Shown here piece by piece: positions 27,924 to 37,251 of a stretch of 64,000 bases of DNA (the first letter of the stretch is position 1; the number at the start of each line of letters is the position of its first letter). The stretch is from an uncultured delta proteobacterium (lineage in GTDB: Bacteria > Desulfobacterota > WTBG01 > CAIYCZ01 > CAIRTM01): NCBI GenBank assembly GCA_903911225.1, contig CAIWCT010000309.1, positions 145 to 64,144 on the forward strand. Reading direction: 5' to 3'. Below the pieces are notes generated by a model. That model was not told where the DNA came from. It saw only the letters and a program-made list of their open reading frames with translations, and made no database searches. The position numbers and the translations under genes are program-made.

Positions 27924-28937
27924 ATGGTGAAGGAGGCAAGCTGGTACGAAAAACAGGCCGAAAAAAAGGTCCGCTGCCGATTATGTGCGCATAACTGTCT
28001 CATCTCAGACAAAAAAACCGGGATTTGTGGTGTGCGGAAAAATGAAGGCGGTGTGCTACTCACTCTGGTCTATGACAAAGTTATTGCAGAGCATATAGAT
28101 CCTATTGAAAAAAAACCCCTATATCATTTTCTGCCCGGTTCCAGGTCATATTCCATTGCCACAGCGGGATGCAATTTTACATGCCTTCATTGCCAGAACG
28201 CTGAAATTTCACAGATGCCCCGCAACCAGGCTGCGATTGCTGGCCGACAGCGCACGCCTGAGGCTATCGTATCGGCAGCGCTGACATCTGGCTGCACTTC
28301 CATTTCCTACACCTATACGGAACCGACAATCTATTATGAACTTGCTTATGATACTGCAAAGCTTGCAGCGGAAAATGGTTTAAAAAATATCTTTGTGTCA
28401 AACGGCTATATAAATCCGGAACCGCTTGTAAAAATAAGCCCCTATTTGCATGCTGCCAATATTGACTTGAAAGGTTTTTCTGAAAATTTTTATCACAGGG
28501 TATGCGGTGCAAAACTCCAGCCTGTGCTTGATTCGATAAAACTGTATAAGAAGCTTGGCATTTGGCTTGAAATTACGACTCTTGTCATACCCGGCCTCAA
28601 TGATTCACCCGATGTGCTCAAGTCAATTGCGGATTTTATTGCCAGCGCAGGCGCAGAGATTCCCTGGCATGTTACGGCTTTTCATCCTACACACCTCATG
28701 AGAGATAAGCCTCAAACACCGGTTCAAACCCTGGCGCTTGCCCGCAACATTGGATTAACCGCTGGACTCAGGTATGTTTACACGGGAAATATTTCGAATG
28801 CAGAAGGAGAAAATACATACTGCCCGGCCTGCCGTACAGCAGTTATCGAGCGCTGTGGATTCAGCATTACTGACTACAACCTTAAGAATGGGCAATGCTT
28901 GCAGTGTCATGCAAACTGCGATGGCGTGTTCTTATAA
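27924..28937 (+). CDS. amrS: AmmeMemoRadiSam-system radical SAM enzyme
   Basis: VRCRLCAHNCLI...GICGVR N-terminal Cys motif, IDPIEKKPLYHF, the radical SAM CNFTCLHCQN and a C-terminal Cys pair. Confidence 0.8.
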   Translation: MVKEASWYEKQAEKKVRCRLCAHNCLISDKKTGICGVRKNEGGVLLTLVYDKVIAEHIDPIEKKPLYHFLPGSRSYSIATAGCNFTCLHCQNAEISQMPRNQAAIAGRQRTPEAIVSAALTSGCTSISYTYTEPTIYYELAYDTAKLAAENGLKNIFVSNGYINPEPLVKISPYLHAANIDLKGFSENFYHRVCGAKLQPVLDSIKLYKKLGIWLEITTLVIPGLNDSPDVLKSIADFIASAGAEIPWHVTAFHPTHLMRDKPQTPVQTLALARNIGLTAGLRYVYTGNISNAEGENTYCPACRTAVIERCGFSITDYNLKNGQCLQCHANCDGVFL

Positions 28938-28942
28938 AGAAA

Positions 28943-28975
28943 CCCGCTGAGACCTGAATCGCAGCGGGCGTTTTT
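28943..28975. terminator. Rho-independent terminator between convergent genes
   Basis: CCCGCTGAGA-cctgaa-TCGCAGCGGG (9 of 10 positions paired, one A/G mismatch) followed by cgTTTTT. The opposite strand also has a T-rich trail. Confidence 0.6.
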
Positions 28976-28991
28976 ATATGATGTATTGTTT

Positions 28992-30215
28992 TCAGCTCAG
29001 GGCCATGCCTATACGCTCCATTGCTTTCACAACATTTTCATATGAATTGAAAGCGCTGATACGGATATAGCTCTCACCGCATGTACCAAAACCTGAACCA
29101 GGCGTGCACACAACTCCTGCCTTTTCAAGCAGCAAATCAAAAATCTTCCAGGAATCCATTGTGCTTTTTATCCAGATATACGGGGCATTTACGCCTCCCG
29201 TACAGGAAAATCCAAGCGCTGTCATTTTATCGATAATCAGGCCGGCATTTCTCAGATAATAATCGGTAAGCTCACGGCTCTGGCGTTGGCCTTCTGGACT
29301 ATATACGGCTTCGGCTGCGCGCTGTACAGGGTATGAGACACCGTTGAACTTGGTGGTCTGACGCCTAAGCCACAAAGGATGCAGGGAAACAGGCATAGCC
29401 TGGCTATCAAAAACACGGCATTTTTTCGGTATTACGGTAAATGCGCAGCGAGTGCCGGTAAAGCCCGCGCTTTTGGAAAGGCTTCTGAACTCTATGGCCA
29501 CTTCATCAGCCCCGTCTATTTCAAAAATGCTATGAGGAATATCCGCTTCGCGGATGAAGCATTCATACGCAGCATCAAACAAAATAAGTGCTTTGTGCTT
29601 AAAGGCATAGTCCACCCACTGCTTTAATTGCTCTCTAGAGGCTGTTGCTCCCGTTGGATTATTGGGGAAGCACAGGTATATCAAATCAACCGGCTTGTCA
29701 GGAAGCGCAGGTACAAAACCATTGGCCTCAGTTGACTCGAGATACACAAGCCCTCCATAGCGACCATCTATGTTTTCCCCGGTGCGGCCTGCCATCACAT
29801 TAGTATCAACATACACCGGGTATACAGGGTCTGGAATAGCGATAGTTATGTCGTGTGCAAATAGTTCCTGAATATTGCCCGTATCACATTTGGCGCCATC
29901 ACTTATAAATATTTCATCTGCTTCTATCTGAACACCGCGTGCCTGAAAATCAACCAGCGCAATCTTCTGCCGTAAAAAATCATACCCCTGCTCGGGGCCG
30001 TATCCGCGAAAAGTAGCATCCTCTGCCATCTCATCAACAGCCCGATGAAATGCATCTATACAGACAGAGGGAAGCGCTTTAGTAACATCACCTATACCCA
30101 GGCGAATAATCTCGCGATGCGGGTTTTGTTTCGAAAATGCAGAAACCCTCTTTGCAATATCGGAAAAAAGATATGAAGCTTTCAGCTTTTTATAGTGTTC
30201 ATTTGCTCGAATCAT
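28992..30215 (-). CDS. dapL: LL-diaminopimelate aminotransferase
   Basis: DapL N-terminal pattern ([20 protein letters not shown]...[10 protein letters not shown]) and a PLP lysine context [12 protein letters not shown]. Confidence 0.85.
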   Translation of the reverse strand: MIRANEHYKKLKASYLFSDIAKRVSAFSKQNPHREIIRLGIGDVTKALPSVCIDAFHRAVDEMAEDATFRGYGPEQGYDFLRQKIALVDFQARGVQIEADEIFISDGAKCDTGNIQELFAHDITIAIPDPVYPVYVDTNVMAGRTGENIDGRYGGLVYLESTEANGFVPALPDKPVDLIYLCFPNNPTGATASREQLKQWVDYAFKHKALILFDAAYECFIREADIPHSIFEIDGADEVAIEFRSLSKSAGFTGTRCAFTVIPKKCRVFDSQAMPVSLHPLWLRRQTTKFNGVSYPVQRAAEAVYSPEGQRQSRELTDYYLRNAGLIIDKMTALGFSCTGGVNAPYIWIKSTMDSWKIFDLLLEKAGVVCTPGSGFGTCGESYIRISAFNSYENVVKAMERIGMALS

Positions 30216-30386
30216 TAGGAATTATCCTCAGCTTGTTTGATAGTAAAGTTTAATCAGTTAGCAAAACATGAGCCCTATGTCAAACATGTTAAAAAAATGT
30301 CGGAAAAAGGTTTTAATTATACGATAAATCATTGGCGGGTGACGCTGGGCGTCCGGCATACACAAAGCTGCAGCTGGATATTCTAT

Positions 30387-30851
30387 TTATACCTTGCCGA
30401 ACATTTTCATTATGTCGTCAATTTCACTCTGGGAATTAATAGTTACTTTTTTGACCTGAAAATCCGCCATGCAGGAATCAATTCTTTTTTCGATTATTGG
30501 CGCCAAAACCTCAACATCCTTAACCTTGTTAATGCTGCTAAAATACATGCTGAGATCCGTAACAATAATAAAAACTGTAGCAACAATATTTTTAATTGAA
30601 TAGCCCATTGAATCCGTACATCGCAGCGCCATAATGGAGGTTTTATGGGAAACAGGTGCATACATGTCAAATCCTATTGAAGCCATTCCGCCAATGAGAC
30701 GATGCAGTTTCTGAATGCATTGTTCAAATTCGACAGCCTCCTTTTCATTTGGCATATCAGCCATACGCAATCCAGCCGCAAGTGTGCCGATCTCGGCAAG
30801 CAGCTGCCTTGATTCTTCATGAAAATATTCAAAAAATAAATTTGCAGACAT
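30387..30851 (-). CDS. Stand-alone HPt-like (CheA P1-like) domain protein
   Basis: FFEYFHEESRQLLAEI...IQKLHRLIGGMASIGFD follows the HPt pattern (AHxxKGxAxxxGF), with Ile in place of Lys. The C-terminal 70 aa are unassigned. Confidence 0.45.
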   Translation of the reverse strand: MSANLFFEYFHEESRQLLAEIGTLAAGLRMADMPNEKEAVEFEQCIQKLHRLIGGMASIGFDMYAPVSHKTSIMALRCTDSMGYSIKNIVATVFIIVTDLSMYFSSINKVKDVEVLAPIIEKRIDSCMADFQVKKVTINSQSEIDDIMKMFGKV

Positions 30852-30886
30852 GGTTAACCTTAAAATAACAGGTCTGGGTTAGAGGG

Positions 30887-32404
30887 TTAAAATTTATTCA
30901 ATTTATTATTATATGCGGAAATGCCTTCTTTGGCAATCCTTTCCAGCACGCCGCATAGCAGTAACCAAAATTTTTCAACACTTGAAATACTTACTTTTTC
31001 AGAAGGTGAATGGCAGTCGGCAATGTCCGGACCGAAAGAAATCATGTCCATGCCCTGATATTTTTGTCCTATAATGCCGCACTCAAGGCCGGCATGTGTC
31101 GCCTCGCGATGTGGTTTCATGCCGAAAAGCTCCTCATATACTATATCGACACAGTTTAGAAGTGGAGACTGCAGATCGGGCTGCCAACCCGAATATGGCG
31201 TTTCGCAGCAACAGGTGCCTCCTGCAAGCGCTGCAATGGCCTTTATTTGCGATGTCACACAATTTATCCCAAGCATATGCGATGATCGGGGCATGAGTTC
31301 TATTTCAAGAAATGAATCCTGTATGCGGGCTGCAGCAAGATTGCAGGATTTTTCAACAAGCCCCTGTACATCTGTGCTCATGGCAAGAACACCGCTTGGG
31401 AGTGCATGCAGCAGATCAAGTATTCGACTAAAACAAGGGCCTGAAACAACCTGCTGGTGCGGCACGATTTCCGTAATGCTCATTGTCATAGAGGGCTCCT
31501 GCGGGCAGCCGCGTACAAGCAGGGCATATGCGGAATTAATGCGTGCGACAAAACCCTCAATATCACTACGGCGAAGGCTCATAATGGCAGTTGCTTCCCG
31601 CGGGATAGCATTATGCTTGTCACCGCCCGAAACGTTGCTCAAGGCTGAGTCCATATCTCTGACTGCATCAAGCAGGCAGGCGAGCAGCTTGAGTGCATTG
31701 ACTCTGTTTTCATTAATATTAAGCCCTGAGTGCCCTCCCCTCAAGCCGAAAATACGCAGAGCAATAGCGGTATGCATATCCGTAATAGCGGTACATGAAA
31801 CCGGAACCCGCACAGTCACCCTCCCGCCGCCTGCGCATCCGATACACACAGCCCCTGTCTTTTCAGAATCAAGATTCAATAAAATTCTTCCGTTGATAAG
31901 TGCAGGGTCAAGGTTCATGGCCCCATGCAAACCGCGCTCTTCATCAACCGTCAATAGAATTTCCAAAGGCCCATGAAGAATTCCAGGTGAAAAAGCCGCT
32001 GCAAGGGCAGCAGCCATCCCTATTCCATTGTCAGCGCCAAGCGTTGTACCATTTGCCCTGATCCAGTCATTATCCCGCACGAGTTGTATTCCGGTTTGTA
32101 TAAAGTCGAAGTCAAAATCGTCATTTTTTTCACACACCATATCAAGATGCCCCTGCAGTACTACAACAGGAGACTGTTCATAGCCGGATGAAGCAGGAAT
32201 ATATAGACAAATATTGCCCGCACTGTCCTGTTTGAAACCATATCCAGCTGAAAAGGCAAGCAAACGGACATATTCAATAATAGCTGTTTCATTGCCCGAT
32301 CCATGAGGGATTTTTGAAATATCGGTAAAAAATCGCCAAAGCAATCCCGGTTCCAAACCATCGATAGCTGCGTTAATGCTGTGGTGCTGCATTAAAAACC
32401 CCAT
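30887..32404 (-). CDS. pepD: Aminoacyl-histidine (Xaa-His) dipeptidase, M20 family
   Basis: LQGHLDMV, TLGADNGIG and TVDEERG motifs. An alternative ATG at 32392 is possible. Confidence 0.85.
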   Translation of the reverse strand: MGFLMQHHSINAAIDGLEPGLLWRFFTDISKIPHGSGNETAIIEYVRLLAFSAGYGFKQDSAGNICLYIPASSGYEQSPVVVLQGHLDMVCEKNDDFDFDFIQTGIQLVRDNDWIRANGTTLGADNGIGMAAALAAAFSPGILHGPLEILLTVDEERGLHGAMNLDPALINGRILLNLDSEKTGAVCIGCAGGGRVTVRVPVSCTAITDMHTAIALRIFGLRGGHSGLNINENRVNALKLLACLLDAVRDMDSALSNVSGGDKHNAIPREATAIMSLRRSDIEGFVARINSAYALLVRGCPQEPSMTMSITEIVPHQQVVSGPCFSRILDLLHALPSGVLAMSTDVQGLVEKSCNLAAARIQDSFLEIELMPRSSHMLGINCVTSQIKAIAALAGGTCCCETPYSGWQPDLQSPLLNCVDIVYEELFGMKPHREATHAGLECGIIGQKYQGMDMISFGPDIADCHSPSEKVSISSVEKFWLLLCGVLERIAKEGISAYNNKLNKF

Positions 32405-32435
32405 TACTTTCTAATTAGTAATTTTGCTCAAGGAA

Positions 32436-33719
32436 TCATGATAATGCCTTGAGCACGTTACGGTGCGCTTCAAGCGTCCGGGAAAGGTCGGCATCAGTAT
32501 GGGCAGATGAGACGAACATAGCTTCAAACTGCGAGGGGGCAAGGTAGATGCCGAGCTCAAGCATACCATGAAAATAATCGGCATAACGCTGTGTATCCGC
32601 CTTGACAGCGCTGGCATAATCAGTCACCGGTCCGGATTCAAAAAATAGGCACCCCATTGAGGCTATGCTGTTCATAAGCCCGGCTAATCCTGTTTCTTTG
32701 GTGATATTGCGTAGCTCTTTAAAAAATTCTTCAGCGTGGTTATTGAGATTTTCAAAAAAACCCGGCTCTCGCACCAGTTCAAGTGTGGCAAGCCCGGCGG
32801 CCAGCGCCAGCGGATTGCCTGAAAGCGTGCCGGCCTGATACACGGGCCCTACTGGGGCAAGCATATCCATAATTTCTTTTTTTCCGCCAAAAGCTGCTGC
32901 GGGGAGACCGCCGCCGATGATCTTTCCTAGTGTGGTCAAGTCGGGCATGACACTGTAGTGTTGCTGTGCACCACCGGGGCCGAGGCGAAAACCGGTAATC
33001 ACTTCGTCAAATATCAATATGATACCGTGCAGGTCGCACAGACTGCGCAGACCCTGAAGAAAACCCTCAGCCGGCAGTACGACTCCCATATTGCCTGCTA
33101 CAGGCTCGACAATGACGGCTGCAACCTGATCGCAGTTATCTGAAAGCAGGCGTTTAACATCCTCAAGATTATTATAGTCGGCATTGAGCGTATCGGCTGC
33201 AGTACCACGGGTAACTCCCGGTGTGCCGGGTATACCGTAGGTCATTGCGCCCGAGCCTGCTTTGCTCAAAAAACTGTCGGCATGGCCATGGTAGCAGCCT
33301 GAAAATTTTATAATCTTCTCCCGTGACGTACAGGCCCGAGCAAGCCGCACCGCACTCATTGTAGCCTCGGTGCCGGAACTTACCATGCGTACTTTTTCAA
33401 TACAGGGAACCATTTCCACAAGATGCTCGGCCATTTGCACTTCCAGCTCGCAGCATGCGCCAAAACTGGTGCCCTGGTCTGCCGTTTTTTTTATGGCTTC
33501 AACCACATGAGGATGAGCATGCCCGGCAATATGCGCTCCCCATGAACAGACAAAATCAATATACTCTCTGCCGTCTGTATCAAAAAGACAGCTGCCGCTC
33601 CCGCGGATTATATACCTCGGATCAAGCCCGACGGAGCGAAATGCACGTACCGGGGAATTTACGCCTCCGGGAATAAATTTTTGAGCCTGTGCGAAAAGCT
33701 CACAGCTGGTTTTCCGCAT
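32436..33719 (-). CDS. hemL: Glutamate-1-semialdehyde 2,1-aminomutase
   Basis: FIPGGVNSPVRAF, IFDEVITGFR and GKIIGGGLP. The ATG at 33719 (MRKTS) is preferred to the longer ORF. Confidence 0.95.
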   Translation of the reverse strand: MRKTSCELFAQAQKFIPGGVNSPVRAFRSVGLDPRYIIRGSGSCLFDTDGREYIDFVCSWGAHIAGHAHPHVVEAIKKTADQGTSFGACCELEVQMAEHLVEMVPCIEKVRMVSSGTEATMSAVRLARACTSREKIIKFSGCYHGHADSFLSKAGSGAMTYGIPGTPGVTRGTAADTLNADYNNLEDVKRLLSDNCDQVAAVIVEPVAGNMGVVLPAEGFLQGLRSLCDLHGIILIFDEVITGFRLGPGGAQQHYSVMPDLTTLGKIIGGGLPAAAFGGKKEIMDMLAPVGPVYQAGTLSGNPLALAAGLATLELVREPGFFENLNNHAEEFFKELRNITKETGLAGLMNSIASMGCLFFESGPVTDYASAVKADTQRYADYFHGMLELGIYLAPSQFEAMFVSSAHTDADLSRTLEAHRNVLKALS

Positions 33720-33817
33720 ACCTGCCTCTGAAAATAATCTGATGTGGATAGTTTGTAAATCCCGACGGATACCGTCATGGGCAATCAAATTGCCTAACGT
33801 GTATGGCCTGATAGTCG

Positions 33818-34024
33818 TTAGTCTTTTTTTTGCTGGATTGGCGCCATAACCGGCATGGGCTTAAGATACATATTATTTGCACATGTAGCAGTCGTTACCA
33901 CATCTACTTTAACAGGCGCCGGAGGTTCAGGATGCACATCGGAAGCAGCTTGCACGACAACGCTATCACCGCTCTTTACCTCATTATTTATCTGCACAAC
34001 GGTTTTCTGCATGAAGGAAATCAT
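33818..34024 (-). CDS. Small hypothetical protein (68 aa), uncertain
   Basis: An ORF only, about 100 nt upstream of hemL on the same strand. No motif recognised. Confidence 0.2.
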   Translation of the reverse strand: MISFMQKTVVQINNEVKSGDSVVVQAASDVHPEPPAPVKVDVVTTATCANNMYLKPMPVMAPIQQKKD

Positions 34025-34081
34025 ACTTATCTATACCATGAGGCATGCTATGCTTCAACCGTAAAACCCACCTTAAGTTTT

Positions 34082-34090
34082 TGATATAAT
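34082..34090 (+). promoter_or_regulatory. Extended -10 promoter element (TGaTATAAT)
   Basis: TGATATAAT at 34082-34090, with no good -35. It points toward the terminator at 34162-34196. Confidence 0.4.
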
Positions 34091-34161
34091 GTGCTCATAT
34101 GCCTCTTTAAACAGGCAATAAATTTATACTTGCTATCATGAAAACCATGATATACTTTAAA

Positions 34162-34196
34162 TAAAAAAGGGCTGCACGTGCAGCCCCCTTTTTTTA
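34162..34196. terminator. Strong bidirectional rho-independent terminator hairpin in a divergent intergenic region
   Basis: AAAAAA-GGGCTGCACGTGCAGCCC-CC-TTTTTTT. The stem is 34169-34186, flanked by an A6 run and a T7 run. No annotated gene ends here on either strand. Confidence 0.7.
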
Positions 34197-34227
34197 GTAT
34201 GCATCAAACCCGTACTGTATAACGGCC

Positions 34228-35550
34228 ATGGAAGATAAAATAAATAACTATTTTAAGTATATCGAACACCATTTAAAAAACAGGCCCTATCGGCTCTCAT
34301 ATGCCATCGCCAGCTTTATTTCAAGAAGGCTTTTTTCAAGCGTTGAGGTAATTGGTCTCAAGGAACTCGCACGCCAGCGCAAAAATGAAACCGCACAGGG
34401 CATAAAAACGCTCAACCTCTATATAGCACGTCATCTGAGCGAATTTGACTGGCAGGAAATTCAAAGAGTCCTGGCCGGCGAAAACCTGATGGCAGCTATT
34501 CAGGCGGGCGACAACTTGTTTATGGGCCCTCTTGATCCGTTGCTCAGGCATCATGGCGCTTTTAAAGTCTTCCGGAGCCAGGCTCGTATTTTTTCAGAAC
34601 ACTGGCTTCTTAATAGCATTTACGGAACCCTTGATGCCTTCTGGCATGACCCCCTGCTCAAAAAACTGCTTTCCTCAATACGCTTAAAGCAGCGCAAACC
34701 GGTCATCATCGAGCCCCTTCTTGCCAAAGATATCTATGTCGCCTATATGAAGCACCTGATTGACGTCGAAAAACGAGACATTCTTATATTCCCCGAATAC
34801 CTGAAGCTGTCGGACAAAAAAATCAAATACGGCAGGAGCTATTCAGGGAAACTTCTAGAGTTCACTCCGCTTATCTTCAAACTGCTGCGCGATATCAACA
34901 AGAAAACAGAGCGTATTCTGCAGATCGTTCCGGTCAATGTATCCTATGAGCGGGTAGTTGAGGACCAGTCTTTTAAAACGCTCGAAAAAATGCAGTCCAA
35001 CAAGATCACTAAGCGTTTTGTATATCTGGTTGACTATTTCTTCAACTACACACACTGGATCTACCAGCGCCAAAAAGGCCGTGTTGTTATCAAGTTCGGC
35101 CAGCCAGTGCTTCTTAGAAAAGCCATGGATTTCAAAATAAGGCTTCATGACGACATACGAAATAAAGTAGGCCTGCTCCAGACAGTTTTCCCCACACAAA
35201 TTATCGCCTATGCCTTTCATAACAAAGACGTTCTTTCAGATGCAGAGCTGATCAAACGGGTTGAAAAAACCCTGAGCGAACTCAAAAAAATAGGAGCTGA
35301 TGTGCGGTTTGCAGAAAAACTCTCGACGCTGCAGATCATTGAATCCGCCTATACCCATTTCGACCTGCACCAAAAACGCCGGCTCCTGATATACGATGAG
35401 GGCAAAAAACAGCACAAGGTCATCAGGCATGATGTGCTGTCGCAGTACCGCAACCATATCGACCATCTATTTGAAAAATGGTACGAACCGGAACGGCTCA
35501 TGAAGATCATTGATATTTTCCGTGATGGCAATGACGCTAAAAACTTTTAA
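34228..35550 (+). CDS. Glycerolipid acyltransferase (PlsB/PlsC-superfamily, HX4D)
   Basis: HLSEFD (the HX4D motif) lies in a 440-aa soluble-looking protein. The family call is at superfamily level only. Confidence 0.55.
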   Translation: MEDKINNYFKYIEHHLKNRPYRLSYAIASFISRRLFSSVEVIGLKELARQRKNETAQGIKTLNLYIARHLSEFDWQEIQRVLAGENLMAAIQAGDNLFMGPLDPLLRHHGAFKVFRSQARIFSEHWLLNSIYGTLDAFWHDPLLKKLLSSIRLKQRKPVIIEPLLAKDIYVAYMKHLIDVEKRDILIFPEYLKLSDKKIKYGRSYSGKLLEFTPLIFKLLRDINKKTERILQIVPVNVSYERVVEDQSFKTLEKMQSNKITKRFVYLVDYFFNYTHWIYQRQKGRVVIKFGQPVLLRKAMDFKIRLHDDIRNKVGLLQTVFPTQIIAYAFHNKDVLSDAELIKRVEKTLSELKKIGADVRFAEKLSTLQIIESAYTHFDLHQKRRLLIYDEGKKQHKVIRHDVLSQYRNHIDHLFEKWYEPERLMKIIDIFRDGNDAKNF

Positions 35551-35568
35551 TACTTTTAAAGAAAAGCC

Positions 35569-36777
35569 ATGAACGAAGAAAAAAGCATAGACGAAACTGA
35601 CGACAAAAGCTTTGCCGAACTATTTGAGCAAAGCTTTAAAAAACCTAAACGCCTTGAGCCCGGACAGAAGGTCGAAGCAGTCATCGTTAAGATAACGGAT
35701 GAATGGATATTTCTTGATCTAGGCGGCAAAAGCGAAGGCTACCTTGACAAAAAAGAGCTTCTTGACGCTGACGGTAATCTTGCAGCAGCCGAAGGTGATA
35801 AAATCAGCGCCTATTTCCTGTCTTCTGCAAACAATGAAAAATTATTTACTATTAAGTTGCAAGGCAACGCTGCCGGCAGCCAGTATCTTGAAGAAGCATT
35901 TCATAACCACATTCCCGTTGAAGGAGTGGCTGAAAAGGAAATCAAGGGCGGGTATGAAATAAAAATAGCAGGTACGATTCGCGGCTTCTGCCCCTACTCG
36001 CAAATGGGCCTGCGCCGCACCGACGATCCTCAGAGTTTTATCGGCCAAAAAATGCTGTTTAAAATAAGCGAATATCGAGACAACGGCAAGTCACTGGTTT
36101 TGTCAAACAGAAAGGTTCTTGAAGAAGAACGAGAGCGAATCCGGGAAGAGCTGAAACATACATTAAAAAAAGATATGGTAGTCAAAGGCACCGTTACATC
36201 CATAAGGCCATTTGGCGCTTTTGTTGATATCGGCGGCATAGAGGGCCTGTTGCCCATATCGGAAGTCGGCTGGAGCAGAATTGAAGATCTGAGCCTTGTG
36301 CTCGCGCCAGGCCAGGAGGTAGAAGTGAAGCTCATGGATCTCGACTGGGAGAAGAACAAATTTTCTTTCAGCCTGAAGGCAACGTTGCCCGATCCCTGGA
36401 TGCAGATGCACAATCGGTTCCCAGAAGAATCCTGCCACAATGGCACCGTAGCGCGACTTACCCCGTTCGGAGCTTTTGTAACGCTTGCGCCGGGCATCGA
36501 TGGACTCATTCATATTTCACAGCTTGGCCAGGGCAAGCGCATCAATCACCCGCGCGAGGTACTCGCAGAAGGCCAAACCGTCGATGTGCGCGTGCTCAAG
36601 ATCGATACGGAAGCCAAACGTCTGTCGCTAGCCCTTGCAGGGGCAAGCCCGCAGGAGGCGCCTGAAGAGGATTTCAAGCAGTATATTGAAACACAGCCCT
36701 TCCATGCATCATCCTCTCTCGGTGCCATGGGCGCAGCACTCATGAAAGCCCGCGAAGGCAAAAAAGATAAAAGCTAA
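35569..36777 (+). CDS. S1 RNA-binding domain protein (4 S1 repeats; shorter than canonical RpsA)
   Basis: Repeated S1 OB-fold pattern (GQKVEAVIVK..., VEGVAEKEIKGGYE..., VKGTVTSIRPFGAFVDIGGIEGLLPISE, HNGTVARLTPFGAFVTLAPGIDGLIHISQL). Confidence 0.8.
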   Translation: MNEEKSIDETDDKSFAELFEQSFKKPKRLEPGQKVEAVIVKITDEWIFLDLGGKSEGYLDKKELLDADGNLAAAEGDKISAYFLSSANNEKLFTIKLQGNAAGSQYLEEAFHNHIPVEGVAEKEIKGGYEIKIAGTIRGFCPYSQMGLRRTDDPQSFIGQKMLFKISEYRDNGKSLVLSNRKVLEEERERIREELKHTLKKDMVVKGTVTSIRPFGAFVDIGGIEGLLPISEVGWSRIEDLSLVLAPGQEVEVKLMDLDWEKNKFSFSLKATLPDPWMQMHNRFPEESCHNGTVARLTPFGAFVTLAPGIDGLIHISQLGQGKRINHPREVLAEGQTVDVRVLKIDTEAKRLSLALAGASPQEAPEEDFKQYIETQPFHASSSLGAMGAALMKAREGKKDKS

Positions 36778-36785
36778 TTGGTATT

Positions 36786-37220
36786 ATGCACGAGCACCTC
36801 GATATTGCACGGCAGCGCTTTGCCCATGACAACTACGCCCGGAGTTTGAGCATTGTTCTCGACGACCTGACGCATGACACTATCCGTATGCACATGCAGC
36901 TTCGCGATGACATGCTCAACTGGTTCAGCCGGGTACATGGCGGGGTTATCTATGCCCTTGCCGATGCAGCTTTTTCGGTACTCGGCAACAACAGCAATAA
37001 TCTTGCGGTTGCCCTGGACTGCTCCATCACCTACCATGCAAGTCCTGAACCGGGAGTCCTGCTCGTTGTCGAGGGAGAAAAGCTGTCCTCATCGCGACGT
37101 ACTGCCTCCTATATTTTCAAAGTTTACATGGAGCAGAACGCAAAGCGCACTATTGTAGCCACAATGAAAAGCCTTTCCTACCGCACCGGCAAGCCCATTG
37201 ATCATAGTGTTGCACAATAA
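36786..37220 (+). CDS. PaaI-family hotdog-fold thioesterase
   Basis: The HGGVIYALADAAFS motif and a 144-aa size. Confidence 0.8.
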   Translation: MHEHLDIARQRFAHDNYARSLSIVLDDLTHDTIRMHMQLRDDMLNWFSRVHGGVIYALADAAFSVLGNNSNNLAVALDCSITYHASPEPGVLLVVEGEKLSSSRRTASYIFKVYMEQNAKRTIVATMKSLSYRTGKPIDHSVAQ

Positions 37221-37251
37221 AAAAACTTGCCTGTCGCATCTGCATGAGCTG

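Noticed and set aside
30237-30599. 120-aa plus-strand ORF in the dapL upstream region.
   Set aside because: It is antisense to the HPt-like ORF and to the dapL promoter region, starts at TTG, and has an AT-rich low-complexity translation. It is probably spurious.
31074-31976. 300-aa ORF antisense to pepD. Similar long antisense ORFs occur at 14261-14800, 18096-18626, 36030-36509, 43308-43859, 47575-48090 and 58468-59307.
   Set aside because: All lie fully inside well-supported genes on the other strand, and 58468-59307 even runs across two genes and their spacer. They have Ser/Arg/Ala/Cys-rich low-complexity translations typical of shadow ORFs. None has an RBS or a recognisable motif.
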